In this document: one piece after another, positions 19,701 through 33,630 of the stretch | Position numbering within the stretch: the stretch's first letter is position 1 | Layout: the number at the start of each line of letters is the position of its first letter | DNA from: Gammaproteobacteria bacterium | GTDB lineage: Bacteria > Pseudomonadota > Gammaproteobacteria > Chromatiales > Chromatiaceae | Length of the DNA stretch: 64,000 nt | Direction of reading: 5' to 3' | NCBI GenBank assembly: GCA_009928645.1 | Contig: SACH01000001.1 | Coordinates: forward strand, 56,239 to 120,238 | The notes under the pieces: generated by a model | What the model was told of the DNA's origin: nothing | The model's database searches: none | What the model saw: only the letters and a program-made list of their open reading frames with translations | Position numbers and translations under genes: made by a program

Positions 19701-21104
19701 ATGACGGGTCCAGCGCTGACGCGCCTCATCCTGCCGGTCGCCGCCCTCCTGGCGCCGGGGCTCGCCGCCGCGGCCGAGACCGCCGAGCGTATCGATCTGA
19801 CCGGACATTGGGTAGGTTTCCTGTCCATCCTGATCTTTGTCGTCGCCTACGGCTTCGTGATGGTCGAGGAGTTCACCCACCTGCGTAAGTCTAAGCCGGT
19901 CATGCTGGCCGCCGGCATCATCTGGGTCCTGATCGCCATCGTCTACGTCCAGAACGGTATGCCCCACGCCGCCGAGGCGGCGGTGCGGCACAACATCCTG
20001 GAATACGCCGAGCTCTTCCTCTTCCTCATGGCGGCCATGACCTATGTCAATGCCCTGGACGAGCGCCTGGTCTTCGAGGCCCTGCGCTCCTGGCTGGTGA
20101 GCCGCGGCTTTGGCTATCGCCAGCTCTTCTGGCTGACGGGCTTCCTGGCTTTCTTCATTTCACCGGTGGCGGACAACCTGACCACGGCCCTGCTGATGGG
20201 CGCCGTGGTGCTGGCGGTAGGTGCCGACAACCCCCGCTTCGTCGCCCTGAGCTTCATCAATATCGTGGTGGCCGCCAATGCCGGTGGCGCCTTCAGCCCC
20301 TTCGGCGATATCACCACCCTGATGGTCTGGCAAAAGGGCATCGTCGATTTTCAGACCTTCTTCCTGCTCTTCGTCCCCTCCCTGGTCAATTTCGTCGTCC
20401 CGGCGGCGATCATGCACTTCGCGGTCCCCGACGTGGTGCCACCGGCCTTGGGGGATAAGGTCAAAATGCGCCGCGGCGCCAAGCGCATCATGATCCTCTT
20501 CCTGCTCACCATCGCCACCGCCGTGAGCTTCCACAACTTCCTGCACCTGCCCCCGGTGCTGGGCATGATGACCGGTCTCGCCTACCTCAAGATCTTTGCC
20601 TACTTCCTGAAGAAAACCGGTGAGAAGACCATGATGCGGGACGAGGCCATCGAGGACGCCATGCCCTTCGACATCTACCGCAAACTGGCGCGGTCCGAGT
20701 GGGACACGCTGATGTTTTTCTATGGCGTGGTGCTGTGCGTCGGCGGTCTGGGCTTCATCGGCTATCTGGCGCTGATCTCCGAGTTCATCTATGTCGACCT
20801 GGGCCCCACCACGGCCAATGTGCTGATCGGTATTCTCTCCGCCATCGTCGACAACATCCCGGTGATGTTCGCTGTGCTGAGCATGATGCCCGACATGTCC
20901 CAGGGCCAGTGGTTGCTGGTGACCCTGACGGCGGGCGTGGGCGGCAGCATGCTCTCCATTGGCTCCGCCGCCGGCGTGGCACTGATGGGACAGTCGAAGG
21001 GTATGTATACCTTTGCCAGTCACCTCAAGTGGACCTGGGCGGTGGCTCTGGGCTACATCGCCAGTATCGCCTGCCACATGTGGCTGAACGCCAGCATCTT
21101 CTGA
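19701..21104 (+). CDS. nhaD: NhaD-type Na+/H+ antiporter
   Basis: 467 aa polytopic membrane protein. Its length, signal-like N-terminus and motifs such as FFISPVADNLTTALLMG and SAIVDNIPVMFAVL fit the NhaD/arsenite-permease superfamily. The RBS GGAGA precedes the ATG. Confidence 0.75.
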   Translation: MTGPALTRLILPVAALLAPGLAAAAETAERIDLTGHWVGFLSILIFVVAYGFVMVEEFTHLRKSKPVMLAAGIIWVLIAIVYVQNGMPHAAEAAVRHNILEYAELFLFLMAAMTYVNALDERLVFEALRSWLVSRGFGYRQLFWLTGFLAFFISPVADNLTTALLMGAVVLAVGADNPRFVALSFINIVVAANAGGAFSPFGDITTLMVWQKGIVDFQTFFLLFVPSLVNFVVPAAIMHFAVPDVVPPALGDKVKMRRGAKRIMILFLLTIATAVSFHNFLHLPPVLGMMTGLAYLKIFAYFLKKTGEKTMMRDEAIEDAMPFDIYRKLARSEWDTLMFFYGVVLCVGGLGFIGYLALISEFIYVDLGPTTANVLIGILSAIVDNIPVMFAVLSMMPDMSQGQWLLVTLTAGVGGSMLSIGSAAGVALMGQSKGMYTFASHLKWTWAVALGYIASIACHMWLNASIF

Positions 21105-21336
21105 GGACGAGCCTCTTGTGATGGGAGGCCGGGGCGGCCAGGCCGCCCCGACCTGATTGTCCTTCCGGCTGGGCGGTGTCGCTCGGACAGCAGACCCCGC
21201 GGCAGGATGCGGCGAAGACCTGGCGCCTAAGACACCCGGCCTGACCGGGCGGTTGGCCTATCCTGGTTGACTGGGCGCGGGGAGCGATCGGGCGTTTGCC
21301 AGTGCCATCTGGCCCTGGTCGGCAGACAGGCAGGGA

Positions 21337-22137
21337 TCAGGAGATGCGCCGCCGGAACTCCTCGACGGGGGCACGGATGACCATGGCCTCGATAGCGTCA
21401 AGGTTGGTGAGCTGGATGTGCTTACGATCAACCTTCAGCAAGCCTTCCTCGTGGAAGCGGGTGAACAGGCGGCTAACGGTCTCCACGGCCAGACCGAGGT
21501 AGTTGCCGATCTCGTGGCGGGACATGCTCAGATAAAAATCGGTGGGGCTCAGGCCGCGTTTGCGGAAGCGCTGGGAGAGGCTGAGGAGGAAGGTGGCCAG
21601 GCGGTCCTCGGCGCTTTTCTTGCCCAGAAGCAGGAGCATCTCGGTCTCGTGGGCGATCTCCTTGCTCAGCAGCCGGTACATCTGGTGTTGCAGGGAAGGG
21701 ATAGTGACACTCAGCTCCTCCAGGCGACCGAAGGGCAGCTCGCAGACCGCCGAGGTCTCCAGGACCTTGGCGGAACAGACGTGGGCATCCTTGTCGATGG
21801 CGTCGAGGCCGATGATCTCCCCGGGGAGGTGAAAGCCCAGGACCTGCTCCCCGCCCTCCGGGCTCTGGGCGAAGGTCTTCACGGAGCCGGTCTTGACCAC
21901 GAAGAGGGAACGGAAGCGATCGCCGCTCTGGAAGAGAAAATCCCCCCGATGAAGGGGACGATTACGCCGGACGATGCTGTCCAGTCGTTCCACATCCTCG
22001 GGTGCCAACCCCAGCGGCAGGCAAAGCGTCATCAGGGTGCAATTGCGGCAGGCGACCCGGATCGATTCAAAGGAGATAACCTTGCCCTCGGGCACGGCAG
22101 TCAGGGTGGTCAAGGCTGGGGTGTTCATGCCAACCAT
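21337..22137 (-). CDS. fnr: FNR/Anr-type oxygen-sensing Crp-family transcription regulator
   Basis: N-terminal Cys cluster C-x2-C-x5-C (ACRNCTLMTLC) plus the fourth Cys in ETSAVCELPF. It also has a cNMP-binding fold and a recognition helix ETVSRLF of the E--SR type. An alternative start is at 22128. Confidence 0.88.
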   Translation of the reverse strand: MVGMNTPALTTLTAVPEGKVISFESIRVACRNCTLMTLCLPLGLAPEDVERLDSIVRRNRPLHRGDFLFQSGDRFRSLFVVKTGSVKTFAQSPEGGEQVLGFHLPGEIIGLDAIDKDAHVCSAKVLETSAVCELPFGRLEELSVTIPSLQHQMYRLLSKEIAHETEMLLLLGKKSAEDRLATFLLSLSQRFRKRGLSPTDFYLSMSRHEIGNYLGLAVETVSRLFTRFHEEGLLKVDRKHIQLTNLDAIEAMVIRAPVEEFRRRIS

Positions 22138-22150
22138 TTTGCAGTTTCAT

Positions 22151-22164
22151 TTGACCCGGATCAA
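22151..22164. promoter_or_regulatory. FNR/Anr box TTGAC-N4-ATCAA in the fnr/pyrG divergent region
   Basis: TTGACCCGGATCAA matches the consensus TTGAT-N4-ATCAA at 9 of 10 half-site positions. It lies 14-23 nt upstream of the candidate fnr start codons. Confidence 0.5.
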
Positions 22165-22249
22165 GTAAATCCCAGTCTGGGTAGCTGCCCAAACCACGCT
22201 GGGTCCCGCAGTGGCCCCCGTCATTGAGGGGAGGCGGGGATTTTGATAG

Positions 22250-24147
<1,898 letters not shown>

Positions 24148-24148
<1 letters not shown>

Positions 24149-24981
24149 TGCGCCTGCTCAACTTCGAGGTCGGGCTGGACCAGCCTCTGTTCCTCATCGC
24201 CGGCCCCTGCGTCCTGGAGAGCGCGGAACTGGCCCAGCACACGGCGGGCTATCTGCGCGAGCTGACCACGGAACTGGGTATCCCCTTCATCTTCAAGTCC
24301 TCCTTCGACAAGGCCAACCGTTCTTCGATCGCCGGTTTCCGTGGCCCCGGCCTGGAGGCCGGGCTGCGGATTCTGGAGACGATCCGGGCGGGCCTGGGGG
24401 TGCCGGTCCTGACCGATGTCCACGAGGACACCCCCCTGGGGGAGGTGGTGGAGGTGGTGGACGTGCTGCAGACCCCGGCCTTCCTCTGCCGCCAGACCAA
24501 TTTCATCCTCGCCGTCGCCGAGATGGGCCTGCCGGTCAATATCAAGAAGGGCCAGTTCCTGGCGCCCTGGGACATGAAGCGGGTGGTGGAAAAGGCCCAC
24601 ACCACCGGCAACGACCAGATCATGGTCTGTGAACGGGGCGTGACCTTCGGCTACAACAACCTGGTCGCCGACATGCGCGCCCTGGCGGTGATGCGCGAGA
24701 CCGGGTGTCCGGTGGTGTTCGACGCTACCCACTCGGTCCAGTTGCCGGGAGGGCAGGGGGACCGTTCTGGCGGCCAGCGCGAGTTCGTCCCGGTGCTGGC
24801 GCGGGCGGCAGTGGCGGCGGGCATCGCCGGCCTGTTCGTCGAGACCCATCCGCACCCGGACAGCGCTCTGAGCGACGGCCCCAATTCCTGGCCCCTGGGG
24901 GGGATGCGGGAACTGTTGGAGACCTTGCTGGAAATCGACCGGGTGGTGAAGGCGCGCGGTTTCCCGGAATTGAGTAGCTGA
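24148..24981 (+). CDS. kdsA: 3-deoxy-8-phosphooctulonate (KDO-8-P) synthase
   Basis: [34 protein letters not shown] and [13 protein letters not shown] are present. The start overlaps the pyrG stop (TGATG). Confidence 0.9.
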
Positions 24982-25005
24982 CGCTAGGCCCAACCCAGCG
25001 CCTGA

Positions 25006-26430
<1,425 letters not shown>

Positions 26431-26486
26431 TGCCGCCGATGCCAGGTCACTTGCTGACGCCCCCTGGCCACGGCTGACGAGCCGCC

Positions 26487-27011
26487 GTGCGCATTCTGAT
26501 CCTCGTTCTGCTGTTGCTGCTGGGCGGGTTGCAGTACCGCCTCTGGGTAGGGGAGGGCAGTCTGGCGGAGGTCACCGCCCTGCGACGGGAGATCCAGGCC
26601 CAGAAGGCGGAGATCGAGAAGCTGCAAGCCCGCAACCGCCGCCTGCAGGCCGAGGTCGAGGATCTGCGCCAGGGACTGGATGCCCTGGAGGAACGCGCCC
26701 GCAGTGAATTGGGCATGATCAAGGAGGGTGAACTCTTCCTCCAAGTGATCGAGCCCGATCCCCCGGTGGCCAGGGCGGCGGAGCCGAGTGGTCAGGAAGG
26801 GCAGGTTGGCCAAAGCGGTCAGGTTGGCCAAAGCAGTCAGGCTGGCCACAGCAGCCAGGGTGGCAAGGCTGAGGCATCCCCGGCGGCGGCCCCTGCCCCC
26901 GGCGCGGCCGCCCCAGGGGCGACCGTGCCGGTAACCCCGGCGGCAAAACCGGGGGCTAAAGAAGCCCCCAAGCCCCCGGCGGGAACGGCCGAGGCCAAGC
27001 GCCATGACTGA
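26487..27011 (+). CDS. ftsB: cell division protein FtsB with a repeat-containing C-terminal tail
   Basis: N-terminal TM helix, then a coiled coil (EIQAQKAEIEKLQARNRRLQAEVEDL) and ERARSELGMIKEGE. GTG start. It lies between eno and ispD, as in many gammaproteobacteria. Confidence 0.8.
   Translation: MRILILVLLLLLGGLQYRLWVGEGSLAEVTALRREIQAQKAEIEKLQARNRRLQAEVEDLRQGLDALEERARSELGMIKEGELFLQVIEPDPPVARAAEPSGQEGQVGQSGQVGQSSQAGHSSQGGKAEASPAAAPAPGAAAPGATVPVTPAAKPGAKEAPKPPAGTAEAKRHD
26790..26879 (+). repeat. in-frame 18-nt tandem repeat (5 degenerate units) in the ftsB tail
   Basis: Units are GGTCAGGAAGGGCAGGTT / GGCCAAAGCGGTCAGGTT / GGCCAAAGCAGTCAGGCT / GGCCACAGCAGCCAGGGT / GGCAAGGCTGAGGCATCC. They encode GQEGQV GQSGQV GQSSQA GHSSQG GKAEAS. 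Confidence 0.8.
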
Positions 27012-27738
27012 CACCCCCTGCTGGGCCGTCATCCCCGCCGCCGGCGCCGGGCGCCGGATGGGCGCCGCCATCCCCAAGCAGTACCTGGACCTGGCGGGTC
27101 TGCCGGTGCTGGAGCATAGCCTGCGGCTCTTCCTCGACCATCCCCGCATCCGCGGACTGGCGGTGGCCCTGGACCCCACCGACGAACGCTGGGAGGGCCT
27201 GCCCTCGGCCCGTCATCCCAAGGTGCTGCGCGTCCCCGGCGGGAGCGAGCGCTGCCATTCGGTGCTTAATAGCCTCGAAGCCCTGGGGGGGTATGCCGGA
27301 GGGGACGACTGGGTCCTGGTCCATGACGCCGCCCGGCCATGCCTGCGCCGAACGGACCTGGATCGCCTCATCGCGATCCTGGAAGGGCACCCCGTCGGTG
27401 GCCTCCTCGGCATCCCGGTGCGGGACACTATGAAGGCGGCGGATGCCCGCGGCGAGGTCCAGCATACGGTCCCCCGGGAGGGCCTCTGGCATGCCTACAC
27501 CCCCCAGATGTTCCGCCTCGGCGCCCTGCGCCAGGCCCTGACCCGAGCCCTCGCCGCTGGCCAACTGGTCACCGATGACGCCAGCGCCATGGAACTGGCT
27601 GGCCAACGCCCCCTACTGGTGGAGGGCCACGCCGACAATCTCAAGATTACCCGCCCGGAGGACCTACCCCTGGCCCATTTTTACCTGACCCAACAAGGGT
27701 GGGTTCCGGACCTGGCGAGGAGCGTCAGGCCAAGCTGA
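27004..27738 (+). CDS. ispD: 2-C-methyl-D-erythritol 4-phosphate cytidylyltransferase
   Basis: WAVIPAAGAGRRMG...PKQYL, VLVHDAARPC and KITRPEDL are present. It overlaps the ftsB stop. Confidence 0.9.
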   Translation: MTDTPCWAVIPAAGAGRRMGAAIPKQYLDLAGLPVLEHSLRLFLDHPRIRGLAVALDPTDERWEGLPSARHPKVLRVPGGSERCHSVLNSLEALGGYAGGDDWVLVHDAARPCLRRTDLDRLIAILEGHPVGGLLGIPVRDTMKAADARGEVQHTVPREGLWHAYTPQMFRLGALRQALTRALAAGQLVTDDASAMELAGQRPLLVEGHADNLKITRPEDLPLAHFYLTQQGWVPDLARSVRPS

Positions 27739-27828
27739 TTTTCCTGAGAGGTCTCACCTCATCTGTGGAGTAAGGGTCAGCTGAAGCCATCCATAAGGAG
27801 AAGGGTCAGAACCTATGAGGTCTAAAAG

Positions 27829-28311
27829 ATGTTGATTGGACAGGGTATCGACGCCCACCGCTTTGGCGCCAACCGCCCGCTGGTGCTCGCTGGCGTCCAG
27901 GTCCCCCATGACCTGGGGCTGGAGGCCCACTCCGACGGCGACGTGGCCATCCATGCCCTGTGCGACGCCCTGCTGGGTGCCGCGGGCCTGGGCGACATCG
28001 GCCGCCACTTTCCCGACACCGACGCCGCCTACGCCGGCATCGACAGCCGCCTCCTGCTGCGCCGGGTCATGGCCTCCCTGGTCGAACGCGGCCTGACCGT
28101 CCACAACGCCGATGTGACGCTCGTCACTCAGCGCCCCAAGCTTGCGCCCCACATCCCCGCCATGGTCCAGGTCCTGGCCAGCGACCTGAATTGCCCCGCG
28201 GAGCGGGTCAACGTCAAGGCCACCACCATGGAACGTATGGGCTTTACCGGCCGCGGCGAAGGCATCGCCGCCTTCGCCGTGGTCCTGCTACGGGAGCCGA
28301 CGGAGGACTAA
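27829..28311 (+). CDS. ispF: 2-C-methyl-D-erythritol 2,4-cyclodiphosphate synthase
   Basis: [31 protein letters not shown], and the length is 160 aa. Confidence 0.93.
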   Translation: MLIGQGIDAHRFGANRPLVLAGVQVPHDLGLEAHSDGDVAIHALCDALLGAAGLGDIGRHFPDTDAAYAGIDSRLLLRRVMASLVERGLTVHNADVTLVTQRPKLAPHIPAMVQVLASDLNCPAERVNVKATTMERMGFTGRGEGIAAFAVVLLREPTED

Positions 28312-28365
28312 AGGTGATCGGGTTCGAGGCCTTTGCCCGGTCATGCCAGCCTCTTTTGGCTATCT

Positions 28366-29340
<975 letters not shown>

Positions 29341-29569
29341 CTAGGCCCGTCGCCGACGGGCAGGGGATGGTGGCTTTCCGAACCTCAGCTCGCCCCGGGC
29401 CTGTAGGGGAACCGGCCCGGGAGGTGCGTGATGCTCGGGAAGTGCGTGCTCCGCATGTTACGGATTGACCTGCAACGGGTAAAGCTGGAGGCGGGTCAAC
29501 TGGCTTGGCAGGGGCGTTTTTTCCAGGCAGGATGGGGACCCGTCCCAGTCCGTTAGCGGAGGCGAGTGC

Positions 29570-30628
29570 ATGCGTATCGGCATACCGAAGGAAATCAAAC
29601 CATTGGAGGGCCGGGTGGCCCTCATTCCGGAGGCCTGCGGGGATCTCGTCCGCGAGGGTCACGAGGTCTTGGTCGGGCAGGGTGCCGGCGCCGCCAGCGG
29701 CTTCCCGGACGCGGCCTATGCCGCGGTGGGGGCCAGGCTGGTGGATCAACCCCGGGCCCTGTACGCGGCCGCGGACCTGGTGGTCAAGGTCAAGGAGCCT
29801 TGGGGCGAGGAGCCGGACTGGTTGCGGCCGGGGCAACGGCTCTTCTCCTTCCTGCATCTGGCGGCGGACCCCGAACTGGTGGTGCGCCTGCTCTCCTCCG
29901 GGGTGACGGCCCTGGGCTTCGAGACCCTGGAGCACCGGGGTGGCCTCCCCATCCTGGCGCCCATGAGCGAGATCGCCGGGCGTCTGGCGGTGCAGATCGG
30001 GGCCCGGTTGCTGCTTGCCCCCGAGGGTGGCAAGGGGCTGCTGCTGGGCGGTCTGGCAACGGCGGAACCCGGACAGGTGGTAGTGCTCGGGGCGGGGCAT
30101 GCCGGGGCCGCCGTGGTGCGCCTGGCGGCGGCCGTGGGTGCCCGGGTCACCGTCTTCGATCTGGATGCCGAAAAACTGCGCCTCATGGACCAGATCGGTC
30201 CCCACGTTACCAGCCTCTACCCCTACCGGGATAGCCTTGAGCAGGCGGTGCGGGAGGCGGACCTGCTGATCGGTGCCGTCCTGATCCCCGGCGCCCGGGC
30301 GCCCCGTCTGGTCTCCCGCGCCCAGGTGGCCGCCATGGGCGCGGGCAGCGTGGTGGTGGATATCGCCGTGGACCAGGGCGGCTGTATCGAGACCATTCGC
30401 CCCACGACCTACGCCGCCCCCACCTATGTGGCGGAGGGGGTCATCCACTTTGGCGTCACCAACATGCCGGGGGCCGTGCCCCGGACCGCCTCCCGTGCTT
30501 TGTGCGCCAGCCTCTACCCCTGGGTGCGGCTCCTCGCCGGGGAGGATTGGCGTGCCGCCCCGGCCTTGGTGGATGCGGTCAATGTGGACCGGGGGCGACG
30601 GGTATTGCCGGCCCTGCTTTCGCTCTGA
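29570..30628 (+). CDS. ald: alanine dehydrogenase-family NAD(H) oxidoreductase
   Basis: MRIGIPKEIKPLEGRVALIP, MSEIAGRLAVQ and the Rossmann motif VVVLGAGHAGAAV. 352 aa. The exact substrate cannot be fixed from sequence alone. Confidence 0.75.
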   Translation: MRIGIPKEIKPLEGRVALIPEACGDLVREGHEVLVGQGAGAASGFPDAAYAAVGARLVDQPRALYAAADLVVKVKEPWGEEPDWLRPGQRLFSFLHLAADPELVVRLLSSGVTALGFETLEHRGGLPILAPMSEIAGRLAVQIGARLLLAPEGGKGLLLGGLATAEPGQVVVLGAGHAGAAVVRLAAAVGARVTVFDLDAEKLRLMDQIGPHVTSLYPYRDSLEQAVREADLLIGAVLIPGARAPRLVSRAQVAAMGAGSVVVDIAVDQGGCIETIRPTTYAAPTYVAEGVIHFGVTNMPGAVPRTASRALCASLYPWVRLLAGEDWRAAPALVDAVNVDRGRRVLPALLSL

Positions 30629-30831
30629 GGCGGTAAGTCAACTTAATTGGATAGGGTGTCAGCTTGGATGGGGGGTCCGCGCATCACGCCAACATCCTGA
30701 ATAGCTTAGGTGAATACCCAAGGCATGAGGTCACGGGTCGGACCAGGGAAGGCAGGGGAGGCAGACAAGGAAGTCAGGGAAAACCGAAAATTGATTGGCG
30801 ATGGGTATAATCGCGCGGCTAATCGGAGGAA

Positions 30832-33618
30832 GTGAATTTGGCACAGGCGACCCGCATCGGGCAATTGACCTTCAGCGACTATTTTCAGCGCGTCCTGCGC
30901 GAGGCCATCATGTGGGCCTTGTTCGCGGTCGCGCTGCTGCTGGTTGCCTGTCTCCTGACCTATAGTCCCGAGGACCCGGGTTGGACGCACATCCAGCCGC
31001 GGAATGAGGTGCGCAACCTGGGAGGTCCTGTCGGTGCCTGGTTTGCCGACGTGGCCCTGTCCCTCTTTGGCTATTTCGCCTATCTGCTGCCCTTCGCCAT
31101 CGCCTGGAGCGCCTGGCTGACCCTGCGCGGCATGGACGATGAGGCCGAGACGCGGGTTCAGCGCCTGGCCCTGCGCCTGTTCGGCTTTCTCCTCACCCTG
31201 GCGGCGGGGAGTGCGCTGGCGGGGATCTTGCTGGCTTCCGTCCCCGTCAACCTGCCCTACGGCGTCGCCGGCGGTGTCGGCCAACTGGTGGGCGGCAAGT
31301 TGGTCGCCCATTTTCATCAATCCGGGGCGCTGTTGCTCCTCGCACCGCTGTTTCTGGCGGGCATTACCTTCTTCACCGGCCTGTCCTGGCTGCGGGTCCT
31401 GGACGGCATCGGCTGGTTGACCCTCCTCGCCTGGGACGCCGGCAAGCGTCTGGTCCGCTGGTTCCTGCGGCCCGCCGCCAAGGATCAAGGCCACGAGCGC
31501 CCCGCTCTCCTGGCGGCGCTAAACCCCTTCAGGCGCCGCCAATCCGGACCGATGAATGAGGTCGGGTCGCTGGCTGGGGTCGGGCGGATGGAGGTAGAGG
31601 ACCTGGTGGATGAGGAGGACCTGATTGAGCTGGTGGGGCCGGCCCCGCGGACGCCGGCTGTCGCCCAGCCCGAACCTGGGCAAATGGGGCAGGCGAGGCC
31701 ACCGCGGTTCGCGGAAGTGGCGGGAGGCGCCCCCGCGCCGGCGAGCCCGAAGACGCGAGTGGCCAAGCGGCTAACCACCGAGCCTCCCGCGGCTGAGATC
31801 GAGCCCCCCGCGCCACGGGCCGCCATGACCTCCCGGGCCCGGGCGGGCAACGGGTCCCCGGCTAACCCCGAACCCGGTTCGCGGATCGGGCCCGCGCCGT
31901 CCTTCAGCCTGGACGGTATGCTGGAGGATGAGCCGGACCTGGAGTTGGCATCCAGGTCGGGGGTCAGCGCGTCGTTGTCCCCGCTGGACCCCGCCTCCCC
32001 CTCCCTCCCCCGGTCGCAGAGCCAGATGCCGAAGCCTGATCCTACTCCGGCCGGCCAGCGCGGCCGGGCCGGTCAGGAGTCGCCGTCCCTGGCGCAGTGG
32101 GAGGAGGAGAAGATTAGTGAACTGCCCCCCCTGGCCCTCCTCGACGAGGCCCGCCGCAGCGGCAAGGGCTATACCAAGGAGCAGCTCGATGAGCTTTCCC
32201 GCCAGGTGGAGATCAAACTGGCGGACTTCGGCGTCAGTGTTCAGGTGGTCGCCGTCCATCCCGGGCCGGTAGTGACCCTGTTCGAGATGATGCCCGCGCC
32301 GGGGACCAAGGCGAGCAAGATCACCGGCCTGTCCCGCGACATCGCCCGGGCCCTGTCCACCATCAGCGTGCGCGTGGTCGAGGTCATTCCCGGCAAGTCG
32401 GTCATCGGCCTGGAGATTCCCAACAACTTCCGCGAGACCGTCGCCCTGCGGGAGATCCTCGGCTCCAGCGCTTACCAGGACGCCAAGTCGCCCCTGACCA
32501 TCGCCCTGGGCACCAACATCTCCGGTCACCCGGTGGTGGCAGACCTGGCGCGCATGCCCCACGCCCTCATCGCCGGCACCACTGGCTCCGGCAAGTCGGT
32601 GGCCCTGAATGCCATGATCCTCAGCCTGGTCTATAAGGCCGGGCCCCGGGACGTGCGCCTGATCATGGTCGACCCCAAGATGCTGGAGCTGTCGGTCTAC
32701 GAAGGTATCCCCCACCTGCTGACCCCGGTGGTGACGGACATGAAGGAGGCTGCCAACGCCCTGCGCTGGTGCGTTGCCGAGATGGAGCGGCGCTACAAGC
32801 TCATGGCGCGACTGGGGGTGCGCAACATCGGCGGTTTCAATCGTAAGATCGCCGAGGCCGAGGCCGCCGGTACGCCTATCCCCGACCCCCTCTACAGTGT
32901 GGCGCGGGACATGCCTCCAGGGATGGATGCCCCCCCGGCCCTGGTCCATTTGCCCTACATCGTCGTCATCATCGACGAACTGGCGGACATGATGATGGTG
33001 GTGGGCAAGAAGGTGGAGGAGCTCATCGCCCGCCTGGCGCAGAAGGCCCGCGCCTCGGGCATCCACCTGCTGCTGGCGACCCAGCGGCCCTCGGTGGACG
33101 TGCTCACTGGCCTGATCAAGGCCAATATTCCCACCCGCATGGCCTTCCAGGTCTCCTCGCGTATCGACTCCCGGACCATCCTCGATCAGATGGGTGCCGA
33201 GCACCTGCTGGGCAATGGCGACATGCTCTATCTGCCGCCCGGGACCAGTATCCCCCACCGGATTCACGGCGCCTTCATCGACGACCACGAGGTGCATCAG
33301 GTGGTGGAGTTCCTGCGCGCCCAGGGTGAGCCGGAGTACATCGACACCATTCTCATGGACATGGGCGACGGCATCCCCGGTATCGATCCGGAACCGCGCG
33401 CCAACGGCGATCTGGAGGACAGCGACCCACTCTTCGACGAGGCAGTGCAGATCGTGGTCGAGTCCCGGCGCGCCTCCATCTCCGGGGTCCAGCGTCGGCT
33501 CAAGATCGGCTACAACCGCGCCGCGCGCATGATCGAGGAGATGGAGCGCATCGGTATCGTCGGTCCGGCGGAGACCAACGGCAACCGCGAGGTCCTGGCG
33601 CCACCGCCAGTCGACTGA
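30832..33618 (+). CDS. ftsK: DNA translocase FtsK
   Basis: N-terminal membrane domain, a Pro/Ala-rich linker, a motor domain with Walker A (GTTGSGKSV) and [11 protein letters not shown], and a C-terminal gamma winged helix ([23 protein letters not shown]). GTG start preceded by GGAGGAA. Confidence 0.93.
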   Translation: MNLAQATRIGQLTFSDYFQRVLREAIMWALFAVALLLVACLLTYSPEDPGWTHIQPRNEVRNLGGPVGAWFADVALSLFGYFAYLLPFAIAWSAWLTLRGMDDEAETRVQRLALRLFGFLLTLAAGSALAGILLASVPVNLPYGVAGGVGQLVGGKLVAHFHQSGALLLLAPLFLAGITFFTGLSWLRVLDGIGWLTLLAWDAGKRLVRWFLRPAAKDQGHERPALLAALNPFRRRQSGPMNEVGSLAGVGRMEVEDLVDEEDLIELVGPAPRTPAVAQPEPGQMGQARPPRFAEVAGGAPAPASPKTRVAKRLTTEPPAAEIEPPAPRAAMTSRARAGNGSPANPEPGSRIGPAPSFSLDGMLEDEPDLELASRSGVSASLSPLDPASPSLPRSQSQMPKPDPTPAGQRGRAGQESPSLAQWEEEKISELPPLALLDEARRSGKGYTKEQLDELSRQVEIKLADFGVSVQVVAVHPGPVVTLFEMMPAPGTKASKITGLSRDIARALSTISVRVVEVIPGKSVIGLEIPNNFRETVALREILGSSAYQDAKSPLTIALGTNISGHPVVADLARMPHALIAGTTGSGKSVALNAMILSLVYKAGPRDVRLIMVDPKMLELSVYEGIPHLLTPVVTDMKEAANALRWCVAEMERRYKLMARLGVRNIGGFNRKIAEAEAAGTPIPDPLYSVARDMPPGMDAPPALVHLPYIVVIIDELADMMMVVGKKVEELIARLAQKARASGIHLLLATQRPSVDVLTGLIKANIPTRMAFQVSSRIDSRTILDQMGAEHLLGNGDMLYLPPGTSIPHRIHGAFIDDHEVHQVVEFLRAQGEPEYIDTILMDMGDGIPGIDPEPRANGDLEDSDPLFDEAVQIVVESRRASISGVQRRLKIGYNRAARMIEEMERIGIVGPAETNGNREVLAPPPVD

Positions 33619-33630
33619 GCAGGCTTGCCG

